DNA from: Tubulanus polymorphus | Lineage: Eukaryota; Animalia; Nemertea | Reading direction: 5' to 3' | Assembly: GCF_964204645.1 (NCBI RefSeq) | Contig: NC_134032.1 | Span: forward strand, 10,590,275 to 10,654,274 | Length of the DNA stretch: 64,000 nucleotides | In this document: in pieces, positions 10,342 to 20,504 of the stretch | Numbering within the stretch: position 1 is the stretch's first letter | Layout of the letters: every line of letters begins with the position of its first letter | The notes under the pieces: model-generated | The model's input: the letters and a program-made list of their open reading frames with translations, nothing else | Databases searched by the model: none | What the model was told of the DNA's origin: nothing | Translations under genes and position numbers: made by a program

Positions 10342-12745
10342 ATGGTGTAAGTTATTCGGGCGAGTCGTCAGACATTATCTGGACGATGGCCGACACGATC
10401 AGTTGTACGCGAAGATAGAACTGGATTTGAAGATATTTCAGACCGGCGCCGTTTTAGAGGTAAGAAATACCATTCGAAACTCAGGTGTGTCTTGATAAGG
10501 CTGAAAAAATGATACCTTGTTTCTCCTAATCAGCCGGGCCATTTTGAACACAGAAATAAAATTTGTATAAATCAGTTCATTTCTGCTGGGTCTGTTATGC
10601 TTTGTTTGATCATGATTTAAAAAAAAACAAACTTATATACCGGGTAGATAGGCAGCCGGCTGGGTCAACTTTTAAGCTCATCAGAAATGAGAAACTAGGT
10701 ACCAATTTTTTCAACCTGAAAAGGAGATTTGTATTAAAATGATTTTGATTTTCTAAAATCACGCATTACATGTTTATATTTTGTTTCAGATTATTCACTG
10801 CGCCATCGGCATTGTCCCGTCGTCTGTGGTTTTGACGGCGTTTCAAGTCTTCTCGCGCGTATTTCTGACCTGGGGAGTCGTGCATAGCGTTAAACAGGTG
10901 CGTGTATTTAGCCCGATACCATTCTCAAATGTTGTTATACCGGATCACCGAAAGCATAAGATTCCGCTCAAGTTGGATGTGGTCAACCATTAGAATTTGG
11001 ATGTTTGTGAAATATATAGTGAAAATTGCTGAAGTCATTGTAGTTGGTACGATCAATATATTGACCACTTACCCAAATGACAAAACGCACTTAGAAAATT
11101 GAATTGCAAAAATGAATTGTGACTTGAAAATAGAGAAGACTTATCAGATGCATGAATGACTATAACATCTATCTCGGATAACACTCAAATTGGACAGATT
11201 TTGATGCTCCCAAAAGGTCCGACTTGAGCGGGGTCTGTTGTACATCTAAGTTGATTTATCAGTTGATTAATTTATATGACGCTCAACTTTTAAGATCGAA
11301 ACCCATTGTTTACAAGTCTGAAAGATCGAAAACGAGATTAATTTACAAAGAATTAAAATCAAAAGTTAAACGACTTTTTTTCCTTTTAGAGTCAAGAGTC
11401 AGTAGGTGTGGCTCTGTTCGTGTTTGCGTGGACAGTGACTGAGATGATTCGTTACAGTTTCTACGTGTTCGGTTTGATCGGTCGAGTTCCTTACCTTCTG
11501 CAGTGGTGCAGGTAAAATCAACAATTCCTCCATAAAACATGGCTGCACGTTCTTAGAATCTCCTTATGACATTGCCAAATTGCTCCTGTAGACACTTGCA
11601 GACGCTGCTTCCATGAATCCCCCTACAACAGCAAATTCTCCCTTTTGACTCTTTAAAGACCCCAATTGTAAAAAAAAAACTTTTCATAAATCCCCATAGG
11701 ACATCGTCAAATTGGCTCGACAGAATTTTCAGTAAAGATGGCTTCCACCATAATACCCCTCATGATATCGAAATTGCTCCTATAGAACCTTTTTCAGATG
11801 TTTTACATTTTCATTGTAGGTATACTTTCTTCATAGTTCTCTACCCGATTGGAGTTACGGTAAGCGTCAAACCGGGAAACTGTAAAACAACCTGTAAAGA
11901 TGCTTCAAAATGAAGCCTTTTTATGCAGCATCTTCAAGGATGCTTCAATGTTCCTTTTACTTTGTATTTTTTATTATTATATTACTATTATTATTTACTT
12001 TCAGGGTGAATTATTGACGATCTATAGCTCTCTGTCGCACGTGAAGCGTACAGCTTTATACAGCATTGATTTACCGAATCAAGCGAACGTTTCATTCAGT
12101 TATTATTACTATTTACTTTTCATAATGATCTCCTATTTACCAGGTAAGAATCAGCAAGAGCACCTCTAATGAGTTCCCTGATTGGAGATAATCAGTTTAA
12201 GTCTATCATAAATAACGCCAATGTTGAGACCAATGAATAAGATGGTGTTATAGCGAATTTGGCCTTTACGGAAAAAAAGGTATTTCCATTGAATTTGAGT
12301 AAGTAAGATTGTGCAAATTTGTTCTCGGAAACATGTTGGCATAAAGTAAGTAGTGGTGTAAAAAGAATTGCCTTATAACGGACTTTGACTGTATTTTAAA
12401 GTGCCAACACTTGTGAAATCCCTGAAATATCAACAGTCCCAACTATTCTGAAGAATCCCTGATTCTCAACTCCGTGATATATTAAGTCTCAGCACTTCCG
12501 TATTCCTCGATTCTCTCAACTTGGTGAAATATAAACAGTCTCGACGCTATCATTGTTTCCTGATTCTCACTTGAGTTAAGTTGTTACATGCGAGCAACTA
12601 AGGCAAGAATCAAATACATACAATTTTTCTATATTCCCGTAATTTGCATATATTTTCAGTGTTTCCTCAACTTTATGGTCACATGTTAAAACAACGCAAG
12701 AAGGTGATCGGTGGAGGAGGCGCAGTGAAAGCAAAATCTGCATAA
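10342..12745 (+). CDS. HACD2: Very-long-chain (3R)-3-hydroxyacyl-CoA dehydratase (HACD1/2, PTPLA/B family), six exons; first coding exon not found
   Basis: GT-AG exons 10342-10459 (WCKLFG...[11 protein letters not shown]), 10790-10897 ([23 protein letters not shown]), 11390-11511 ([13 protein letters not shown]...QWCR), 11820-11859 ([13 protein letters not shown]), 12005-12143 (GELLTIY...ISYLP), 12660-12745 ([14 protein letters not shown]...KAKSA*). Catalytic Tyr/Glu in YPIGVTGE; KxKxx ER-retrieval tail. HACD1 versus HACD2 is not resolvable. Confidence 0.9.
12192..12393 (-). mobile_element. Tc1/pogo(Tigger)-like MITE in a HACD intron
   Basis: Reverse complement resembles 7896-8101; ends GACTGTA. 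Confidence 0.55.
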
Positions 12746-13117
12746 ATTAACGCCGGATATATAAGATTCAAATACGTTAATGTAACTCGTGTAAATTTTA
12801 CATATCGTAAAAGGCTATTGATAGAACAAAGATAAATGTAGCTTTACATAGTTCCGCTTTTAAAGAAACTATAAGAATTCTCAGTTTTATATTGACATAC
12901 AGACACTTAATGAATAATACATGTAGTTCATGTGTCTGATGAATGCGAGAATGATTCAAATAAATTAGCACATGTATGTGAAAACTTATTGTTGTTGAAA
13001 TGTGTAATGCCTTTGGATCTAGTGGATAGAGTCGACCCCTGATCATGATCCATCTTCCCTCACAGGAATATCGAATTTGATGGTATCGCCTCTGTGACCA
13101 TGCCTCTGGCAGAGGTC

Positions 13118-13322
13118 ATGGGCTCGTATCAGAGTTGTAGGTACTGTAAAAACGATATTCTGTTATGAAAATCTAGTATTCAATGTTTACAAAATAACGT
13201 TATTTTAGATCTTAGGTAGAGATTAGAGATAATTTAAAATCTGTAGAAGCAAAAACAGTACAAATCTCATTTTCTAACAGATCATTGTTTTTACAGTACC
13301 TACAATTCTGACATGAGGTCCC
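13118..13322. mobile_element. MITE with long TIRs
   Basis: TCAGAGTTGTAGGTACTGTAAAAAC ... GTTTTTACAGTACCTACAATTCTGA inverted arms. Confidence 0.7.
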
Positions 13323-13444
13323 GATGGCTTTTAAACAGTTCTACAAAACATTAAATAGGAATTTCACAAATTTACTTCTTTATTTGAATAATCTATCGTA
13401 GTTTCAGTAATGTTTCCAGAATTTTTTCAATTGAGTCCGCCGGC

Positions 13445-13700
13445 TAATGATGTCAGAATTTTACCGTCAAGTGCTGCCCCTCTATATATGATTAGCGGTG
13501 ATCACGTGAACTAAGTTTACCGTACAAAATTCTTACTGTGGCATGCGAATAATGGTGAAAGTTGACCATGTTGAATGGAAATAATCTGTATGAATCACAT
13601 GCCACAATAAGAATTTTATGCAGTCGAGTTAGTTCGCATATTTACCGCTTATAGTAAGTATAGAGGCAGCACTTGACAGTGAAAATATCTGACTCATTAT
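13445..13700. mobile_element. Fold-back MITE
   Basis: ~100-bp imperfect inverted arms (GTCAAGTGCTGCC / GGCAGCACTTGAC; AAAATTCTTA.TGTGGCATG / CATGCCACAATAAGAATTTT). Confidence 0.7.
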
Positions 13701-14123
13701 GCACATCGTTGAAAAAATACTAAATTTTGGACAACGAATGTATTCTAAAAAGTAGAAGAGAGCATGTTCCACAACTTTGCGGGGTAAAAGTGCAGATCCG
13801 CACCTCCCGTGATTGACGCACTCTATCTATTGTTATGCAATCTTTCTAGATAGAAAATCCTCCAAGGAATCCAATGGTTCACTTGATTTTATGATTTGCC
13901 CATCGGAAAGTTGTTTTATAGGTTTAATAGGTTTATAAGTTTTTGGCAGCATTTCAGAAGATGCTCCAAGTAATTAAAAAAGCCTGTCTCCCCTCAATTG
14001 AATCAAGGAGTTTTTATGAAAATCTGTCTATTGACGGGATTCTGTGATAACAGCATGAATGATGATAGTCAGTAACCTGTCTGTGGTTTAGTTTCACGAT
14101 CGGATATTTTCACAAACCACAGT

Positions 14124-14851
14124 CAGGAATGGGAAGGTCATTTTTGTATGAAATCTTCGTCAGCCAATTTGACTGACGAGTAATTTGCCTGGCATTTCAT
14201 TGTCTCTTAAGATATCCGTCTAATTTTTGTTGTAATCGACGCACAACAGATTCGTAGTTTGTCTGATACCTATAACACCTCACCTGACGATCTTAATCCA
14301 TGTGCAAATCGGCCGTAAAGTGAGAGTAAATTTCCGTAGAGTCAACAGCTGCCATTTTGAAAATTACTGGAGGTGCTGGCACCTGTGGACTGAGGCCAGA
14401 ACAACAGCACAAACTAACAAAGCGAAACGACGAAATTGAAAAATATTAAGAAATCAACACTTATTCACATTTTTCTTTTACCAGAATTTATTATTTTAAT
14501 ATTAATTAAGGAAAACACGAAGATTTGAAATATAGGTTGGAAAACCATCAAAAATAAAAATTGTCGTTTCGTCTTGGAAGTTTTATATAAATCCTTGTAG
14601 GTCCCCTTGTCTTATCATGCCACATGTGCAATACAGAGAAATGGCGGCCAATGGCGAAATTTGTGGAGAAATTAATTAATTTCTCAAAATAATGTTGATT
14701 AATCACTCGAAACATGCATAAAATTGGATTATTTCGAAAGGTTCCTGTGTAAGTTTGTGAAATAAGCCATTAATTGTGGACTGAAGTGGATAGAAAGTAT
14801 ATTTTTGAAGTGTTACTTTTTTCAACCGTGTTTTGGCCCTTGTCATCCCTA
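14124..14851. mobile_element. Putative hAT-like non-autonomous insertion
   Basis: Imperfect TIRs CAGGAATGGGAAGG / CCTTGTCATCCCTA; interrupts a sequence that is nearly contiguous at 4487-4617. No clear TSD. Confidence 0.45.
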
Positions 14852-15677
14852 ACGTTGGTATAAGCCCATCCGATTATAAAAGCTTACCACCAACGATTAG
14901 GTAACTAACTAGAATGATGATTAATCATGAATACGTGGTATAAGTGGGTTTCCCCAATGACTCAAATAGACCGCTTTCCTCGTGCATGATGTGAGTTAGT
15001 TATCTCGGGGTGCATGAACTGTCCGTGACTAATAAACTAATTTCATTAGTAAATGTTTACGCGGTTTCTATGATATGAAGACATGTATTGGTGTGAATCT
15101 TTAACTGAAGAGCTATCGGTCGGTATAAAATTATAAATTATTCTAGAATATTCCAGAAGGAAAAAAAACAGTCGGCCTATAAATTCGGAGGTAGCTGTTG
15201 GGAATCAAGTAGGCCTAATTTATTTCAATGCCTTATTCAGTTCCTCGACCACTATATTTATTGTTCAGCTGACTACTGGCGTGTATTCAACTCGGCGGTG
15301 GAACCTTTCATAATGTAAACCCATTGAACGATAGAGAGACACAATTGCGGTTTTTCAGAGTTGTTGATATCATTCTGACACGCGCTATTGATTACGTCAC
15401 CGGTTGACCACGGTGTACACAAGCATAGGCCATTCACCTCAGCTTACTCACACTGTGAACATGCTACCGTGGATTCTCCTCCTGGCGATTTTCGCTGCGC
15501 TACCACTCCTGCTCCTGTTCCTGCTTCCTGGGGAACGACGTCTATATGTTTTATGTGTTACTGTTCGTCTCTGTGCTGTCCTGTACTGTTCCGTGTTTAT
15601 TAATCCGTTTTATTTTTCAGGGTCTAATCCGTTTTATTTTTCAGGGCCGATTTCTCTGTCGAATTTCAACGTTTGCT

Positions 15678-16476
15678 GGAACAAAACTAATGCCCGAAAG
15701 CGTCAGCTCTCCGTCGCCGGTCATGTGTCAAGGATGTCAGACAAAGAGTCGGTCAGGAAATGGCTACCCTCTACACGCCCTCATATGGAACACGAAAACC
15801 AGGATGACGAGGCCTCACTCTCCCCACGTATCAACAGAGTGTGTCTGTTGACGTCAATGATGAGCAAGTCAGTCGGATTGCACAGGTTAAAAGTGGAGTG
15901 GTAAAGCTGGACTGTCTACTAGTATTCATTGATTCCTTTTCAGGAATTGCTTCGGGTAAAGATTTAGTCTTGTCTTCCTTTGCGTTCTAGCATTCATTGA
16001 TTCCTTTTACGGGATTGCTTCGGGCAGGGATTAAATTCCCTGTCTTCCTTTGCGTGCTAGGATTCATTGATTCACTGCGGGATCGCTTGCATGCCAGCAT
16101 TCATTGATTCCTTTTAAGGGATTGCTTCGGGCAGGGATTAATTTCCCTGCCTTCCTTTGAGTGTTAGTATTCATTGATTCCCAGTGGGTTGCTTCGGACG
16201 GGATTAAGTCTTGCCTTCCTTTGGGTGCTAGTGCGGGCAATCCAGTTGCGCTGCCCTACTTTTGGCTTGGGCAATTTGATAGGTTTGTCAGTTACTGACG
16301 TCACCCGGCACACCCTGTTGGTAAATGGTGAAAGTAAGGCGTCGTCATCCTGGTTTTCGCGTTCTGTGTGAGGGCGTGTAGAGGGCAGTATATTCCTGGC
16401 TGGCTCTTTGTCTGGTGTTCTCGGCATGTGGCCGACGACGGAGAGCTGTAAAGCTTTCGGACATTAGTTTTGTTCC
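15678..16476 (+). ncRNA. Candidate long hairpin RNA: ~245-bp inverted arms enclosing five structured ~68-nt repeats
   Basis: Arms 15678-15922 and 16228-16476, about 75% identical by hand alignment, with an excess of G:U-compatible differences for a + strand transcript. Confidence 0.5.
15920..16231 (+). repeat. Five tandem ~68-bp units (third one truncated)
   Basis: Unit TAG(C/T)ATTCATTGATTCC..GG(G/A)ATTGCTTCGGGCAGGGATTAA.TTCCCTG.CTTCCTTTG.GTG. Confidence 0.85.
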
Positions 16477-16939
16477 GTACCAGGTTTTCATCGCTCTTCT
16501 CTTTTTTTTTCATTTCAGGACTCCCAAGATGAAGAAGATGCTGAAGGCGACTACAGAAGATGGCGAAAAAAGAACACTGAACTCAGCAATATTGAAAGTT
16601 AAGTTGATTTACACATGTAAATTACGACGTATGATACAGAAAGGATTGTGTAACTACAGAATATCGTTCTTTTACTCATTTCAAGTTAATCCAGAAAGGC
16701 CCATTTAAAATCTGCCCACCAGAAGTGCCCACAAAAGACTCCACGTTGAATGAACCAAACGTCGAAAGTCCTGCCGCAACCAAACCTGGCAGTCTCATCC
16801 TGCATGGCAACAGGAATACATAAAGCTAAGTTGATTTTTCATATCTGGGGTAGAATGCATAGGCACTGGAGAGGAAAGAGACGCTGGTCAAGCTCACCAT
16901 CTCCGCACTACTTTATTGAAGCTCTGTGGCCGGTAGTAA

Positions 16940-19815
16940 ATTGAAATATAGCTAGGTAATGATTGCTTGATTATTTACAATATTAGACGAAATGATTGAG
17001 TGAGGTCCCTTAAATATTCTTTGGTCTGATAATTAAAATGTAGATTGGTCTGTTATTGATAAAAAGATTTTGTAAGTATGTACAATTAAGGTAAATTCAA
17101 TATCTTATAAGCCATTTGAAATTTTTCGAATGTACCGTAGATATTCTAGGCCTCATATGACTATTGTTTAACTGACAATCAAGATATAGATAAGACAATT
17201 TACTAATTAACCAATCGCTTAGATATAAGCGATCATTCAATATCTTATTATGTTTGATGAAAAATTCTTCTGGTGTTGATATTTTAGGGCCCCATATACA
17301 TTAAGGCTGGCTTTACTTGTAAAGATATATATATATATATAAATTAAACTTTATCGTCAGTTAATAGATTTTTTTACAAATGATATATTGATACATATGT
17401 CATTTATATGTCATTTATAAACATTCAGGCACTTCACAGTATGTATTATATGCTGCTTTACCCATTGCATTAATGAATTTCTGGGGGAAAGATGTAGAAA
17501 ATAGTGTCTAGGGCTGTATCGAGATCTGGTGTAATATTATGGGGAAAGCTATGGACTGCGGGTCTTTTAGAAACTGTGATTAGGTCTCAGCACTTTGATA
17601 AATCTAGAATAAAACAAAGCTTTAATTGGTTCAATTCATTCCCGAAAGCCATACTCGGTGCCTTGTTTTGCGCTATGATTATTGTTTAACTGACAATTAT
17701 CATATATAGCTAGGAAAAATTGCTCATTAACCAATAGCTTAGATCCACAATTAAGATGAATTCAATATTTCTAAGATAAAAAACTATTTATATGGTATGT
17801 AATACAGGTCCATAATATAAATGTCGTAAAACTGAAAATTTAAATATAGCTGATACATGTATGAGCACATCTGAATCAGTCTCATCGATCATGATCAGTA
17901 TTTACATCTCCAACTGCCTTGCTTATGGCAACTATTCATGTTCTTCACAATTGCCAAAATTTACCTAAACCTAACTGATTCATCTAAAAGCCATACTGTG
18001 TGTCAAGTTACGCATAATAGATATTGTTTAACCATGGACTCTAAAACGAATTAGAGTCCATGGTTTAACTGACAATTAGAATCAGAGGTGAATAACTCAT
18101 TAATGTATGACTATAAGATATCTACGATTAAGGTAAATTCAATATGTTATGTGAAATTGTTTTTAATTCAGGTCCATGGACATTTAAAATTTAGCTGATA
18201 CATGTGTATCTGATCACATTTATTTATCTGTATCTAATGAACCTATTGTGTCTTCATACAGCTGTATTAGTTTTGATACATATTGCCAAAATCATTTCAC
18301 GCAGATTTACTTCCGATCGAAGGGAGATAAAACAAATCTGTACGCGCAAAAATACATTCCTGAATTTGGAAGGGAGAATATTTCAATTTCACTGTGTATG
18401 TCAGGTTGAGAGCCTTATTCTGACAGGATATCCTAAGCTTAGGTCTTATTCGTCTTGCTAATAGCTCCCTTTTACTAACCCCTCTCCTTCAAACTATTTT
18501 CTAGCATCATGTCTTGCACCGCACCAGGGAGGTCCGGTCATAACAAGGTCTTTCAGTCCTTATACACAGTGTGCCACTATAAAAGGGAAATAAAGATTAT
18601 ATAGCAATTCGGCTTTAAGGGAATTTCTAATTTACCACTTAAATGTGCTTTTATCTTAATTTCTGATGAATTCATAATAGTGATGAATTCACCACATCTG
18701 AAATTCTACTCATGTAGATTTTCAGGCTCCATGTTCAACTGACTATTAAAATGTAGCTAGTATGATTACTAATTAACGGATCGCTTAGATATCTAGAAGA
18801 TTAATTAAAATTAATTCAATGTAATGAATATAAGTGAAAAGTATATTAAAAAAATAGTGCAGTGGATGAGACGACTGTATCGTGCAATGTCACCTGCGTC
18901 ATAACTGGGCGACATGTGTGTGGGATCTGTTGAATCAGTTAGGTTTTGGGGAATTCTGTATTCGTCAAACTAGATATCAAAAGCTCTGATGCAAAATAAG
19001 CATTTTGAAATAGTGATCAATCGAAACCAGATCTGAAATTCTTGTAGTGTAGAAATATTAAGCCCCATAAAAAATATTGTCAGACAATTTTAATTATAGC
19101 GAGGAAATTAATTGAGTGATTAGGTATCTAAGATGAAGATTAATTCAGCATCTTCATATGAGGTAAAAGTGCTCAAATCTAAACCGTAGGGGTTGATAAG
19201 AAAACTGGATAATCTAATTGGTTGATATCTAAAGAAAACACGGTGTGTTTAAACTCTGTCTCTTGGACGTGGGATTTTTATTGAATCTTTTTAGGCTTTG
19301 CAGAATTCTGGATCTGTCAAGGCGTTGGAATGATTCAAGGTTTCTTAAATCTGTAGAACCATGTTGCTTATAGGATCAGTGTGCTCAATGCTGGCAGCGC
19401 ACAGTTAGTTATATTATCATAATTACAAGATCATTGTATATATTAGGAGCAATATTTAGAATTACTGGAATGGATTAGAATAACATTCACTGGGCACAGA
19501 TGTCACCACCTATGGGTAGAAAACGTATCTTTTAAAGTTTATTAATTGACGATGAAGTTAATTTGATAATACGAACATGGTTTAGCTGACAATCGAAATG
19601 TATATAGGGAAACAGTACAAAAACAATTTGATAACATTGATTATGCATTACTAAATTTGCTGTAACTCTGGTATTCCTAGAGATGACTATAGATGCTTTA
19701 GTTGAATTGTTTTTAAACTATAATAATCAACCGTTGCTTAGATATCTAGAATATAGATGAATTACGATATGAGATGAATTTCATATAGATATTGTTTAAT
19801 AATTGACTATTATCA
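16940..19815 (+). repeat. Old, degenerate long-period tandem repeat
   Basis: Recurrent TATTGTTTAACTGACAAT-like motif (~17162, 17680, 18022, 18731, 19578) and AATTAAGGTAAATTCAATAT-like motif (~17084, 17749, 18127, 18803). Confidence 0.6.
18033..18062. mobile_element. 30-bp CATGGAC palindromic micro-insertion with 7-bp TSD GTTTAAC
   Basis: GTTTAAC-CATGGACTCTAAaacgaaTTAGAGTCCATG-GTTTAAC; paralogous empty sites at ~17162 and ~17681. Confidence 0.8.
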
Positions 19816-19840
19816 AACCTTGCTGATCCACATTGCTGAT

Positions 19841-19967
<127 letters not shown>

Positions 19968-20504
19968 ACTATATATATATGAATTGACACATTAATTATG
20001 ATCACTGATATTCGAAAGGATTTTCTGCTCACAAGATTCTGCTCTTTTTTTCAGCTATACTACTAATCAACTAGTAATAAAATCTACAAAATGATCTTCA
20101 ACCTTGTAATATAGATATTCCAAATCTCGATGTATTAAAATAGGCAGTCAACTTAATTGACCCCAATCAGTCGCTTGCCGGTTCAGTCTGGTCGGAAGAT
20201 TAATTGAATGAACCAGAACTGAATTTCCCAATTATGTGCTCGGATTTAAAGAAAAAGAAATTTATGTAAAATCGACCGCCGATCACACAACTATATCTGT
20301 ACTTCGATTTCCGATTTTGAAAAAAAACTTAAAACTACAACAAAATTTAAAATTAGACAAAATTGCGACCTTGTAAACTTTCGGACTATTTACATGAAAA
20401 AAAAAGACCAAAGAAATGTAAAGTAGACAAAATTATCTTAAACCTTGTAAACTTTCGGACTGTTTACACGAAAAAAAGAGCAATGAAATGTAAAATTAGA
20501 CAAC

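Noticed and set aside
15920-16231. Tandem hammerhead ribozymes
   Set aside because: Three-way topology, but no CUGANGA/GAAA core on either strand.
15404-16427. Pair of inverted protein-coding paralogs (166 aa + and 87 aa -)
   Set aside because: Peptide similarity simply reflects the inverted repeat; indels break the frame, differences are not concentrated at third positions, and there is no known domain. A small spliced peptide gene using the 16518 acceptor is not excluded.
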